Virus record (IMG/VR): IMGVR_UViG_3300035670_000197 | Span: 318-64,317 of that record | Source of the DNA: a virus | Lineage: Duplodnaviria; Caudoviricetes | DNA length: 64,000 bases | Reading direction: 5' to 3' (one strand) | Shown: positions 37,036-46,809 of the stretch, piece by piece | Layout of the letters: the number at the start of each line of letters is the position of its first letter | How positions within the stretch are numbered: position 1 is the first letter of the stretch | Program-made: the position numbers and the translations under genes | The notes under the pieces: generated by a model | Database searches by the model: none | What the model was told of the DNA's origin: nothing | Seen by the model: only the letters and a program-made list of their open reading frames with translations

Positions 37036-37365
37036 TTACTTGACTACAAGAACCGTGAACTCGGTCTTGGTCTGGCAAGCCTCGAAAGCCTCGGGGAAAG
37101 CCTCGGCAAGTGCCTTGCTGTCAATGCCCTTGCGCTCACGCTTGGACACCTCAATACGGAGAGCCTCGTTCACGAGACCAACCTCGGCATCACCGAGAGC
37201 CTCCTTGATTTGAGCCTCAAGAGCCTTCTTGCTCTTTTCCAGCGTGTTGAGCATGTCACGAGTCGTAACGAACTCGTTGATGACATTTGCAAGAGCAGTA
37301 AGGTCTACTGCCTTTCGCTCTGTCGCAACCTCAGTCACGACCTTACGGATTACCTTTGTTTCCAT
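37036..37365 (-). CDS. Hypothetical protein (coiled coil, IDSKAL...PE motif)
   Basis: Strong RBS; structured leader and promoter 37447-37475. Confidence 0.7.
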   Translation of the reverse strand: METKVIRKVVTEVATERKAVDLTALANVINEFVTTRDMLNTLEKSKKALEAQIKEALGDAEVGLVNEALRIEVSKRERKGIDSKALAEAFPEAFEACQTKTEFTVLVVK

Positions 37366-37449
37366 TTGGAAACTCCTTCTTTGTGTCGCTTCACTCCGAA
37401 CCCTTTGTTGGGAGTGGTTGGGGAGTCCTGCTCACCAACAACTATGAGA

Positions 37450-37632
37450 TTACACCATCTCCCTGACATTTGCAACTTCAGGTGGTGTGACTTTTGTAAC
37501 AGTTTGATTACGAGGTTTTGGGGCAGGGACATGCTCGTCGTCTCCTCCTGTGCAGAAGGTGAACCCGAACCTGTCCTCCCAAGTCCAGAGGACTTGCTCA
37601 ATCTCCCATCCGCAGTTCTTACAAACTCTCAT
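37450..37632 (-). CDS. Small Cys/His protein
   Basis: MRVCKNCGWEIE... Confidence 0.45.
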   Translation of the reverse strand: MRVCKNCGWEIEQVLWTWEDRFGFTFCTGGDDEHVPAPKPRNQTVTKVTPPEVANVREMV

Positions 37633-37843
37633 GGGAATACTTCCAACTCTTCCTGTCGTCGTATTCGAGGAGTCCGAGCATGTCTCGGAGTGCTTCGTCT
37701 GTTCCGCATGGGGAGCAGATGTTCGTCTTGTTGTCGAGTCGGGATAGAGCAGGGTAGCCCTCATACCCAAGACCACATCGTGGGCAGGTGTTTGGCATCC
37801 GCTTCGAGTCACGGTGGGAGATGTAGGTAGAGCGTCGCTTCAT
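37619..37843 (-). CDS. Zn-finger protein
   Basis: CPRCG...YPALSRLDN...ICSPCGTDEAL. Confidence 0.7.
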   Translation of the reverse strand: MKRRSTYISHRDSKRMPNTCPRCGLGYEGYPALSRLDNKTNICSPCGTDEALRDMLGLLEYDDRKSWKYSHESL

Positions 37844-37846
37844 TTT

Positions 37847-38083
37847 TTACTTCCCTTCGTTCGAGTGGGCGAGCGCACCGGGTCCATTACCTTCGTCATC
37901 CTGCATCGGGATGATGTACGAACCATCGGTGAAGAAGATGACGAAAGGAACTTCCGAGCCTTCGTACCAGCCGAACTGCTCAACTTCTTCTCTCTTCATC
38001 GGTCGAACTAACTCAACAGTTTTACCCACGAGCCAGCCGTACTCTTTCTTGATGTAGTTCTCAGTCTGAGTCAAGGTTGTCAT
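37847..38083 (-). CDS. Hypothetical protein (DDEGNGPGAL motif)
   Basis: ORF track; recurrent phage motif. Confidence 0.7.
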   Translation of the reverse strand: MTTLTQTENYIKKEYGWLVGKTVELVRPMKREEVEQFGWYEGSEVPFVIFFTDGSYIIPMQDDEGNGPGALAHSNEGK

Positions 38084-38253
38084 TACCGTACCTTCTTTCG
38101 AGGGTTGTCCATTTGGATTGCTCTCCGCAACGCCTTCTCACGAGTCGGATGTAGTTCGACTGTGCAGTAGCGATTTGCCGTGTCAATGACCCACCAGCCC
38201 TTGCCTTCGTAGTCGGGCTTGATGTCGTAGCGTTGGTAGTAGCGATTACTCAT
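38083..38253 (-). CDS. Hypothetical protein
   Basis: Coupled ORF. Confidence 0.55.
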   Translation of the reverse strand: MSNRYYQRYDIKPDYEGKGWWVIDTANRYCTVELHPTREKALRRAIQMDNPRKKVR

Positions 38254-38479
38254 CGTGACCACCACCGAACATCTCTTCCCAACACTCGGGGTGTGTTCCT
38301 GAAACGATTTGCTCTCGCTCAGGTCTGCTCAACTCAGGGAACGCATCTTGGATGAGTGCGCCTTGATTGCGAGCGAACAAGCCCTCGTTAGGAACTTCGA
38401 GTTCGCCTTTGTATCCGCACCAAGAACATCTCGGTGTCTCAATGCGTGTCCACATTTTTGCTTTGGTTTCCTGTGACAT
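38246..38479 (-). CDS. Zn-binding protein (IQDAFP.LS..ERE..SG.H..CW)
   Basis: Leader motif; promoter 38508-38536 with spacer motif. Confidence 0.7.
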   Translation of the reverse strand: MSQETKAKMWTRIETPRCSWCGYKGELEVPNEGLFARNQGALIQDAFPELSRPEREQIVSGTHPECWEEMFGGGHDE

Positions 38480-38551
38480 TTCTGTCCTTTCGTCGTTTGG
38501 TGATTTCATCGTAACACTTTCCTGCACGCAAGTCAAGCATCTCGGCGTGTC

Positions 38552-39049
38552 TTAGAAATGAAAGTCCACGACGACGAGGTACTGCATCTCAGGTGCGATA
38601 GCAAGCCTCTCACGGAACGCCTTCAGATTTGGTGTGCCGTATTCGAGGTCGTACACACCTGACTCAGGAGTCCACGAGTCTTGGAGGTTCTTCGCCAACT
38701 TGTAGAGATAGTAAGTTTTCATCTCTTTGTAGTCGAGCGGTGCTTCGGGGTCGTATGCATCTAACTTCTCTGCGAGGTCGAAATCTTTTACCTCTTCGAG
38801 GCAACGCTTCATTTCGTTGATGCGACCATCAACCCACTCTTTGATTTTCTCTTCAGCGAGTTTCTCGTTCTCGGTGTAACGCAAACAGTTCTTGCCACTA
38901 CCAAACAGGTTTTCCCAACGCCCACCAATTTCGTGCCAATCAGACCACTCTGGGTAGGGAGTTTCTGAGTGCGTGACTTGACTCCTCACCTTGTCAATCG
39001 CCTCTTCGTGGCTCTCTGCTTCTACGAGCAAGATGTGTGCCGTATGCAT
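38552..39049 (-). CDS. Hypothetical protein (WSDWHEIGGRW...VVVDFHF)
   Basis: Leader motif; promoter 39088-39116. Confidence 0.75.
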   Translation of the reverse strand: MHTAHILLVEAESHEEAIDKVRSQVTHSETPYPEWSDWHEIGGRWENLFGSGKNCLRYTENEKLAEEKIKEWVDGRINEMKRCLEEVKDFDLAEKLDAYDPEAPLDYKEMKTYYLYKLAKNLQDSWTPESGVYDLEYGTPNLKAFRERLAIAPEMQYLVVVDFHF

Positions 39050-39096
39050 TTGTCGTTTGTCCTTTCGTCGTTTTTACTTCTCCGTTCATCATACCT

Positions 39097-39561
39097 TCAG
39101 AGTGCAGGTAAGTCAAGCAACCCTTCTTCGATTTGATGAGCGTTTGCGATTTCCTCCGCAAGCCAAACCTTCGCTGAGTTGAGTGCTTCCACGATGTCGT
39201 GCGACACCGCATCGAGATGCTCGCCTCGAACATAGAGGTCGAACCACGGGTTCAGAGTCCAATCAAGTTCCTCGCCAGAGATGCTCGCATCCGTGTAACC
39301 AGCAGCGATGAGTTCGGAGCCGTATGAGTAACGAGCTTCATTTTTACCTCGCACCGACATCTCGCCGTCGCAGTAGATGTCCACTTGGAAACCGTCTTTC
39401 GATACCGTGCAAATCCACGAACCGCTTGGGTCTTTGTAGAAAGCAGCGTCTTGTTGCGTGATAGGGAGAGGCAAGCCCGTTGCCCACTCAACCTTGTAAT
39501 CATCAAGCCCGTACATCTGCTCGAACAACTCAGCCAACGGTGTTGGTGAGACTCTTCTCAT
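39097..39561 (-). CDS. Hypothetical protein
   Basis: Strong RBS AAAGGAGG. Confidence 0.65.
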   Translation of the reverse strand: MRRVSPTPLAELFEQMYGLDDYKVEWATGLPLPITQQDAAFYKDPSGSWICTVSKDGFQVDIYCDGEMSVRGKNEARYSYGSELIAAGYTDASISGEELDWTLNPWFDLYVRGEHLDAVSHDIVEALNSAKVWLAEEIANAHQIEEGLLDLPAL

Positions 39562-39682
39562 TTTTACCTCCTTTCGATTTGGGATTTGGGGAGGCTCCCT
39601 GCCGTGTCTGACCGAGAGCCTCCCCGACCACCTCCGAGTTGGGACATGCGATGGAAGGGTCGCATCTCAGAGGTGGAAACTT

Positions 39683-41515
39683 TTATCTCCTGCCGACCGC
39701 CTCCATCGCACGAGCAGCAGCCTTGCCGATTTCGAGAGCAGCATCTTCGGGCTTCATGGTGTTCGCCACGATTTGCATCATGTCCTTCGCATTGGCTCCG
39801 TATCGCCTTGCCCACATACCGCTATCGAAAGGGAGCCACAGCACGCCAACGCCAGCCTGAGCGCAACGAGTGACCCACTCCTGAGCCTTGTTCGCTTCTG
39901 TTCCTGTGTATTGACCATCGCTCACTACCACGAGCAATCGTGCGCCCTTTCCGTGCAACAGATTGAGTCCACCATCAAGCGCACGAAATGCCGTGTCGAA
40001 CTTTTCAGTTCCATCATTTGCAGCCCAAACCGCAACATCTTCGAGATGTTGTCCGGGCTTCAGCGTTGCGAACACAGAGTTGCCGAAGTAGACCATCGCA
40101 GACCTACCCTGCACTCGGCGCACAGCCTCAGACATGACCCACGCAGTAGTTGCCATTGGCTTCATCGCTTCGCCCATTGAGCCTGAGATGTCCACCATGA
40201 CACCCACAGTCAGAGTGGGTTCGTCAGTTTGCTTACGAACAGTCTTGCGCCATGCTTCGACCTGCTCAACAACTCCACGCTGAGCCATAGCCTTGCCCTG
40301 AACGATTGCACGAGTGCGAAGTCGTCCCGGAGGAGTGAGACTTGCAATCTCCATCTCGTCACGCTCACGATACTTTGCACGCTCCAACATCTTTGCGATG
40401 GTGACAGCAGCGACTCGCTCAGCCTGCTCAGGCTTGCGCCTTTCTACGAGATAACTCGAAGTGCGCCCACCCTCTTCGTGAGTCCCCTTCGAGAAAACCT
40501 TCTGACCAACTTCTTGATTTGCCTTCTGCTCTTTCGCAGAGTTCTGCTTCTGCTTGACCTGCTCTTCCCAATCCTCCTGTTGCTCTTGGTCAGCGAGGTC
40601 GCCAGCATTTGCAATCGCAACCATCTCAGAGGCTTCTTGTAGTGCCTCCATCATCTCCTTGATGAAACCAGCACTAGAGGATGAAGATGAACCTTCGCCA
40701 GCCTCGCCAGCCTCTCCACCTTCGCCAGCCTCTCCATCTTCCTGAGGAGTTGCATCGCCCTTCTCTTCAGCGACTTCACGAACAATCTTCGCCCACTCAA
40801 TCGCAAGGTCATAGAGCATTGGGTCTGCAACAGCGTGCATCTTGTGCGCTCGAAACTCGTCAGCGATTGCTCGCAACTTCTCAACAACTTCGATGCCTAT
40901 GTAGTCATTGACCAACTCAACCAACTCTTCGACATCTTCGTAGTCAAGGATGCCAGCGTCAATGCGAGAGTGAACAGTTGCGACAAAGAACGATGCTGAG
41001 TAAGTGTTGGAACACTCAGCGAACTTTTCCTTAGCATCGTTGATTACGATGTCAATCGCACACGCACGCAAGAAAGGTCGTGCGCTAGGCATCTGAGCAA
41101 GTCCCTGCGCTTCGATGCGTGACTCTTCGAGCCACATCAGAGCCATGAACTCGTCTTTCTTCAGAGCCTTCTGAGCATCAGGGATACTCCATTGTGAAAA
41201 CTTTGCGTGAAAGGCTTCGTGCATGATTGCACCTGTCGCCTTTGGAAACTCGTATTGCTGAGTGCGTGAGGTGAGGTCTCCCACCATCTCAGGTGTGACC
41301 ATCTTGCCAAAAGCAATCTGAGTGTCTACCTCAATCTCAGCGAGGTCAGGGTTGTAGCAAGCAGGTGCGCCATGCCCTGCATTAGTGCCAACATACCCAA
41401 CAAGGTCGTGACGCTCGCTCCACTTGTTTGCGAGTTCGCCAATCTGACGACCAACGCCTAGCCACTCCACAGGAGTCGCTTGCGCTCTCGTCTTGTCTGT
41501 CTTGATGTGTCCCAT
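39683..41515 (-). CDS. VWA-domain protein with N-terminal HEXXH (CobT-like MoxR partner)
   Basis: MHEAFH; MIDAS VDISGSM; VVVSDG. Confidence 0.85.
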   Translation of the reverse strand: MGHIKTDKTRAQATPVEWLGVGRQIGELANKWSERHDLVGYVGTNAGHGAPACYNPDLAEIEVDTQIAFGKMVTPEMVGDLTSRTQQYEFPKATGAIMHEAFHAKFSQWSIPDAQKALKKDEFMALMWLEESRIEAQGLAQMPSARPFLRACAIDIVINDAKEKFAECSNTYSASFFVATVHSRIDAGILDYEDVEELVELVNDYIGIEVVEKLRAIADEFRAHKMHAVADPMLYDLAIEWAKIVREVAEEKGDATPQEDGEAGEGGEAGEAGEGSSSSSSAGFIKEMMEALQEASEMVAIANAGDLADQEQQEDWEEQVKQKQNSAKEQKANQEVGQKVFSKGTHEEGGRTSSYLVERRKPEQAERVAAVTIAKMLERAKYRERDEMEIASLTPPGRLRTRAIVQGKAMAQRGVVEQVEAWRKTVRKQTDEPTLTVGVMVDISGSMGEAMKPMATTAWVMSEAVRRVQGRSAMVYFGNSVFATLKPGQHLEDVAVWAANDGTEKFDTAFRALDGGLNLLHGKGARLLVVVSDGQYTGTEANKAQEWVTRCAQAGVGVLWLPFDSGMWARRYGANAKDMMQIVANTMKPEDAALEIGKAAARAMEAVGRR

Positions 41516-41676
41516 TGTCTTTCCTTCCATTTGTCGTTTGCCCCTGTCCCTGAGGCTTAGTTCTATGATAACTCATCTCTAGGTGATTTGCAACTCTTAG
41601 GTGAGAGGTGGGGGAGGGGGGACACCTAGCGACCCCTCCCCACACCTTTTTCGATGCGAAAACCTAAACAGGGAGA

Positions 41677-42714
41677 TTAGATTTTCGCAGGCTTGCACTC
41701 CTCCCCATAGACCCTCGTCAGCACATCAGCGACGATTGCCCTGTCCATTTCGGGGGAAGCAGCGAGCAAGTTTGAGATTGCGAACTGAGTTCCAAAAGTT
41801 TCTGAGATGTCTCGGAACGCAAGCATCTCTCGCATCTGAGGAGCCCATGAGACTTCCCCTGCAACCTGCTTCTTGCTCAGGTTCTGAGCAGCAGTCACGA
41901 GAGGAGTCGGAACTCCCATCTTTCGTGCGAGGTTCCAATCTGTCGTCATTTCAGCCTGAACTGTGAAACGAGAGAGCAGAGCCTCAGAGAGACGAACTCC
42001 CGGAGCGTTTGGGTTAGTTGCAGCGACCACATAGAAGTTTGGGTGCGCCTTGATTGTGCCACGCTCAGGATTAGCGTTGATGGTGAGTTCACGACGACCA
42101 TCCATGAGTCCATAAACGATGGACAACACTTTGGGGTCAATCAGACCAATCTCGTCAATGAAGTAGACACCACCACGCTCAGCAGCCTTCACGAGGTCTC
42201 CATCCACCCACTCGAAACCACCAGCAGGAGTTTGGACATAACCACCCACCATGTCAGCGACTTCAGTATCGCCTGTTCCCATGAGTGTGTAGACATCCTC
42301 GAAAGCAGCCTCCACGAGTGCAGTCTTGCCACACCCCGGTGCGCCATAGAGCAAGGTGAACATCGCAGAGCCACCAGCACCAGCGAAAGCCTTTGCAGTC
42401 GCTTCACGAGCCTTGCGAAGTGCAATCACATCTGAGTGAGTTCCCCACTTGCGTGAGTAGTAGTTCTCACCATTTGGTCGGAGGTAAGCCTCTTCACCTT
42501 CCATCGTTTCGACTTCGTGAGCCACAGCGATGCGAGGCTTGCGAGGCTTGCGCTCAGCACCTGTCGCACGAGCGACATAGCGACCCTGAGGTGTCACCTT
42601 TGCGTTGAGTGTTACAGAGGCATCCTCGTTCACTCCCTGAGCGAGAGTGTTCACGAGCATGTCCCAAAAGTCGCCTCCAATCTTGGAAGCATAAGTTTCT
42701 CTAAATGTCGTCAT
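41677..42714 (-). CDS. MoxR-family AAA+ ATPase (CbbQ/NirQ/NorQ/CobS-like)
   Basis: Walker A GAPGCGKT, Walker B YFIDE, ATNP, EALLSRF. Confidence 0.88.
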   Translation of the reverse strand: MTTFRETYASKIGGDFWDMLVNTLAQGVNEDASVTLNAKVTPQGRYVARATGAERKPRKPRIAVAHEVETMEGEEAYLRPNGENYYSRKWGTHSDVIALRKAREATAKAFAGAGGSAMFTLLYGAPGCGKTALVEAAFEDVYTLMGTGDTEVADMVGGYVQTPAGGFEWVDGDLVKAAERGGVYFIDEIGLIDPKVLSIVYGLMDGRRELTINANPERGTIKAHPNFYVVAATNPNAPGVRLSEALLSRFTVQAEMTTDWNLARKMGVPTPLVTAAQNLSKKQVAGEVSWAPQMREMLAFRDISETFGTQFAISNLLAASPEMDRAIVADVLTRVYGEECKPAKI

Positions 42715-42747
42715 TTTGTATTTTCTCCCTGTGAGGTGTTTGTTTGA

Positions 42748-43206
42748 TTAGGCGATTTCTTTGGGGAAGCCTTCGGCATCCTTAGTGAGTCCAACTCGGT
42801 ACAACAACTTGTTTGGTGTCTTTCCAAGTTTGATGTCTGTCATGTCCTTCTTCGATGTCTCAATCAACAGAGGCTTGTTGGTGAGTGTCCATCCACCATT
42901 GACAATCCCATCGAAGAGTTGCGTTGCGAAAGCGAGTCGCTTGTCTGCGAACTCATCCTTCTTGTCGTTCTCTAGGAACACTCCCAACTCCTTCTGCTCA
43001 CGCAGAGCGTTCTGAGAGATGTTCGATGAACGCCATTGTTTCTTTGGTGTGTGAGGTGTAAGCACTCTGCGATACAGAGCAGCAGGAACTTCTTTGCCCT
43101 CTTCGTTGTATCCATCAGGAGTGAACATGAGTTGCATCATGGCTCCCGGCTTACGAAACTCGGCGTACAAGGTGATGCCCTGCACATCCTTTGTCATGTC
43201 TAGCAT
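42748..43206 (-). CDS. Hypothetical protein
   Basis: Leader motif; promoter 43247-43275. Confidence 0.7.
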   Translation of the reverse strand: MLDMTKDVQGITLYAEFRKPGAMMQLMFTPDGYNEEGKEVPAALYRRVLTPHTPKKQWRSSNISQNALREQKELGVFLENDKKDEFADKRLAFATQLFDGIVNGGWTLTNKPLLIETSKKDMTDIKLGKTPNKLLYRVGLTKDAEGFPKEIA

Positions 43207-43297
43207 TTGGTGTCCTTTCGTCGTTGTTGTTTGCTAGGTGATGTTTATTGTAGAGGGGACTTGCAGGAAAGTCAAGCCCCCTCCACAACTTTTTTTC

Positions 43298-43750
43298 TTA
43301 GACCCTGCTCGCTCTTATGTCTGCGAGTTTGCGCTCCCACTCTTCAGCCTTTTGCTGACGAAACTCTAAGGTGCAGTTCGCCACGCTGAGGATGGGGTCA
43401 GAGATGAACTCATCGAAAGAGATGCGAGCAACTTCGATGTCTGAGTTTGCATTGTCTGCAACGATGACCTCACGAGACTCCCACTCCACGATGAGGATGT
43501 GGTCGTAGTCTGCGCCATGTGAGGTTCCACCTACATAAACGCCATACGAGAGTTCTTGGTTCCAATCTTCGCCAATCATCTGCGAGAGGCAAATGCGAGT
43601 TGCGTAGGAGTAATCACTCCAACGAACCTGCGCTCGTGATAGTGCGTCTGCGAGAACTTGCTCTTGCGCTCCACGCACCCAATGTTGATAGAGGAAGATG
43701 GTGGGGTCTCCACTCTTCTCTCTAAATCCTGCTACTGCCCTGTCACCCAT
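43298..43750 (-). CDS. Hypothetical protein (MGDRA...FLYQHW family)
   Basis: Leader motif; promoter 43799-43827. Confidence 0.7.
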   Translation of the reverse strand: MGDRAVAGFREKSGDPTIFLYQHWVRGAQEQVLADALSRAQVRWSDYSYATRICLSQMIGEDWNQELSYGVYVGGTSHGADYDHILIVEWESREVIVADNANSDIEVARISFDEFISDPILSVANCTLEFRQQKAEEWERKLADIRASRV

Positions 43751-43871
43751 GTGGATGTCCTTTCGTCGTTTTGACCTGCTCTATTGAGCATTGAGTTCAT
43801 CGTAGCACCTTCCTGTACTAGATGCAACACGAAACACGAAAAAATCCAAAAAAGTTTTTGGAGGAGGAAAG

Positions 43872-43943
43872 TAGCCCTAGAGGGACTCGAACCCTCGCTT
43901 CCTGCGTGAGAGGCAGGTGTCCTAACCCCTAGACGATAGGGCC
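43872..43943 (-). tRNA. tRNA-Glu(CTC), CCA not encoded
   Basis: GGCCCTA...CCTGC-CT-CTC-AC-GCAGG...GGTTCGAGTCC...TAGGGCT-A cloverleaf. Confidence 0.92.
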
Positions 43944-43967
43944 GAGGTTGGAGTAAAGATTTGTGGT

Positions 43968-43994
43968 GAGCAGTTTGACAACTTGCTCAGGTTG
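43968..43994 (-). other. Small H-type pseudoknot element (second copy at 34437-34462, +)
   Basis: CAAC-CTGAGCAA-GTTG-TCAAAC-TGCTC. Confidence 0.55.
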
Positions 43995-44043
43995 CTGGGA
44001 GAAAACGACGAAGAAAACTCCCAGAGGTCATAAAAGTCGTTTT

Positions 44044-44340
44044 TTACTTTGTATCGTCAGACGATACAGGCTCAAGCGATGCTGGGTCAACTCCGTAGTC
44101 GATGAGCTTCTGCTTGATGAGTTCGTTATCTGCGTCTTCTTCGTAACTCTCTGTCAAGAGTCGAGCGACAACAGGTCGTGCGTAGTCACCAACTTGGTCG
44201 ATGATTTCCCAGTCGAGTTCACTCCAATGAGTTGTTTCCATCACGGTGAGACCAGCAGCATCTCCGTAACTTCCATCCGCAGCGAAATACGAGATTGTCC
44301 TCGTGTTCTCGACTTCAGTAATACCGTTCTCTTCGGTCAT
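44044..44340 (-). CDS. Hypothetical protein (YFAADGSYG motif)
   Basis: ORF track. Confidence 0.7.
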   Translation of the reverse strand: MTEENGITEVENTRTISYFAADGSYGDAAGLTVMETTHWSELDWEIIDQVGDYARPVVARLLTESYEEDADNELIKQKLIDYGVDPASLEPVSSDDTK

Positions 44341-44448
44341 TTTTACCTCTCTCGTTTTTGGGGCTTGCCGTTTATTTTACCGCGTGTCTTTACCACGCCG
44401 TGCGAGTGCGTGGGACAGGTGCTCGCCCATCCCACGCCTCGCCGTCGA

Positions 44449-45150
44449 TTAGATGGTTTCGAGGATGTCCTCTAACGCCTCAATCTCTTCTGCCGTTGCC
44501 TTCGGCTTGTCGGGGCAGTCGTCGTAGAGGTCGTCATAGTTCTCGCCGTCAAACCACATACATCCTCGGCAGTCCTCGTCTATCGCTACCCACGCCTCGT
44601 GTGACTCGGGGATGTCCCACTCGTTGGAGACTGACAACTCGCCGTCTTCACCGACATACTCCACGCCCCAGCCTTGCTCTTCTACGCAACGGAAGTGGAA
44701 GTGAAGTTCTGGATGCTGTTCGACCATCTGTCGGTAAGCACCTTCCGCAGGTGACCAAGCCGTGTCGAAGTAATACATCAACTCGCCATCAGCAGGGTTC
44801 TCGCCGTTCATGCCAGCGTTGCAAGCATCCCACTTCGTGCCCCAGTTGCGAACATTCCAGTCATACCAGCCGTCGCTTGAGTGCATCATGGCATGTGCCA
44901 TTCGCTCTTCCATGCTCATCTTGTCGTAGCCCTCGGGCTTGTAATCAGATGCGCCGTAGTAAGCATCAAGGTCTTCGGGAGATGCGAAGTTCATAAAGGA
45001 AATGCAGTCTGAGTTCACCTGCTCCTTAGGCTCGCCTGTCTGCCAATCCTTGTGATAGGTGGTGTAAGGCTTGCCAGCCTTTTCCATAAATGTCTTTAGG
45101 TCTGCTTCCTTGCCAGAAACAGTCATTGTGTTATTCACCCAGTTGGGCAT
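44449..45150 (-). CDS. DUF1281/YubB ferredoxin-like protein
   Basis: MPNWVNN...WYDWNVRNWGTKWD...FDTAWSP. Confidence 0.85.
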   Translation of the reverse strand: MPNWVNNTMTVSGKEADLKTFMEKAGKPYTTYHKDWQTGEPKEQVNSDCISFMNFASPEDLDAYYGASDYKPEGYDKMSMEERMAHAMMHSSDGWYDWNVRNWGTKWDACNAGMNGENPADGELMYYFDTAWSPAEGAYRQMVEQHPELHFHFRCVEEQGWGVEYVGEDGELSVSNEWDIPESHEAWVAIDEDCRGCMWFDGENYDDLYDDCPDKPKATAEEIEALEDILETI

Positions 45151-45218
45151 GTCTTCCTCGTTTCGTCGTGTTTTTTATTTCCGTAAGGTTGAGCCTTACG
45201 AGATTTATCATAGAAGGG

Positions 45219-45434
45219 TTACTCGTCTTTGTCAAGTCCCTCGTAGAAATCTTTTGCTCGTTGGATGTATTCCTCACCCAGCAGTTTGAGAAGTTCCTCT
45301 TCCGCATAGTTCGGAAGTTCGTCTCCATTCTCAGAGACATAAGAGTCGAACCACGCATTTGCGAGGTCTTCCTTCTTCTGTTCCCAAGCCTTGTTCTGTT
45401 CTGCTTCAGGGAGGGTTGCAAAGAACTGCATCAT
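45219..45434 (-). CDS. Hypothetical acidic protein
   Basis: ORF track. Confidence 0.6.
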   Translation of the reverse strand: MMQFFATLPEAEQNKAWEQKKEDLANAWFDSYVSENGDELPNYAEEELLKLLGEEYIQRAKDFYEGLDKDE

Positions 45435-45436
45435 TT

Positions 45437-45592
45437 TTACTTCACCTCGAAATCCCAGCGAGCGCCGACTTCGTAGTTCTCGAAGTCGTCGGCAATCCAG
45501 TCATCTAGTTTCTGGATGGCTTCCATCTCGTTGTTCGCTTCGACATCAACTTCATAGTGCTTAGTGAGAGTTGCTTCTACTTTGTATTTCAT
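45437..45592 (-). CDS. Small acidic protein (51 aa, not in ORF track)
   Basis: MKYKVEATLTKHYEVDVEANNEMEAI... Confidence 0.6.
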   Translation of the reverse strand: MKYKVEATLTKHYEVDVEANNEMEAIQKLDDWIADDFENYEVGARWDFEVK

Positions 45593-45810
45593 ACCAGCGA
45601 TACCTCCCACGCTTGGAAGTCGAAGTCACTCGCATAGCGTGCTGAGTCTGACCACGCAGTTTCGCCCCAGAAATACTTTGGCTTCTTGCCAGAGGGGATT
45701 ACTCGTCGGAACGCAGAGTCAATGTCTGCTTCCTGAACTACAACCTTTTCACTTGAGTAGAGAGTGAGCCACTCTTTGACTTCACTCACCTTGGGTTTGG
45801 TGTCTCTCAT
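45589..45810 (-). CDS. Hypothetical protein
   Basis: ATG 45810 after AAGGA. Confidence 0.65.
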   Translation of the reverse strand: MRDTKPKVSEVKEWLTLYSSEKVVVQEADIDSAFRRVIPSGKKPKYFWGETAWSDSARYASDFDFQAWEVSLV

Positions 45811-45941
45811 GTCTTTTCCTTGTCGTCGTTGTTTTAGGGTGGAAGTCAGGTGGGTGTGCCTAGGGGACTTTCGCAGACATGTCTGCCATGAACGCAAGGC
45901 TCCTGACCTGACCTCCACTGTCTATCATAGAGGAGAAGAAG

Positions 45942-46337
45942 TTAGTTGTCAACCCCAGCGAGCAACTTTTCTTTTGTGATGCTGTCGTGCTCAATGATGG
46001 CTGTCGGCGGAATGTCTCCCAGGTGCACCCAGGCACTTCCAAAAAACATTGGGTTGTGGTCAGTCGAGACTTCGAGGTTTTTACTTTCGAGTTCGGAAGT
46101 GTCAACAACCCAGATGTCGATTCTGTCGTGATGAGCCAACTCGATGCCAACGGGGGACTCAGGGTTGGGGTGGGTGTGGTCGAGAAGTCGGAACCACATG
46201 AAGCCCAATGCTTCCTCGACAGACGGAGATAGAAACACCGCACCGAAGTTCGCTTTGAGCCCCTGCTCCGAGATGCTTTCGTAGACGCACTCGGGAGAAA
46301 CGTGATACAGAAGTTCTGGAATCTTTTCGTCGTTCAT
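45942..46337 (-). CDS. ADP-ribosyltransferase-fold protein (Tpt1/DUF952-like)
   Basis: LLYHVSP...ISEQGL...VFLS...IWVVD...GDIPPTAI. Confidence 0.6.
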   Translation of the reverse strand: MNDEKIPELLYHVSPECVYESISEQGLKANFGAVFLSPSVEEALGFMWFRLLDHTHPNPESPVGIELAHHDRIDIWVVDTSELESKNLEVSTDHNPMFFGSAWVHLGDIPPTAIIEHDSITKEKLLAGVDN

Positions 46338-46355
46338 GTCATTATCCTAAACTTT

Positions 46356-46541
46356 TTACTTTTCGGCGTCAAGTTCTCTTTCGAGCGCATTGCGTTCGCG
46401 GTCGTGCCTGCTTCTGTCGCGGTTTGTTCTTCGGTCCTCGAACGTGGCGGCTTTGAAATTTAGGGACGACAAGTCACCAGCCACACCTTTGGTGAGTCTG
46501 CGTATCCGTTCGCGTTCTTTTTTACGCTCTTGCCCGTTCAT
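46356..46541 (-). CDS. Small basic protein
   Basis: ORF track. Confidence 0.5.
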   Translation of the reverse strand: MNGQERKKERERIRRLTKGVAGDLSSLNFKAATFEDRRTNRDRSRHDRERNALERELDAEK

Positions 46542-46599
46542 GCCGTCTATTATACAGCGCTCGCCGTTATCAAACTGTTATGCCAGGCAGGCCGTAAAG

Positions 46600-46809
46600 T
46601 TATTTGGAACTTGCTAGCTCGCGAGCTGCACGTTCCGTCTCACGAAGTCGAGCCATCTTTACATCCATGTCTCGATACATCTCCGCGAGCCGCTTCTCAT
46701 TCATCTTCGGGTAACGCGGGAAAGAGCGAGCCGCTTTGCGAACACGCATCTCCTGAACTACCACCGTCGCGGCAAGCACGCCGCATACCACTGCGAGAAT
46801 CATTTCCAT
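46600..46809 (-). CDS. Small membrane-anchored protein
   Basis: N-terminal TM; leader motif. Confidence 0.6.
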   Translation of the reverse strand: MEMILAVVCGVLAATVVVQEMRVRKAARSFPRYPKMNEKRLAEMYRDMDVKMARLRETERAARELASSK

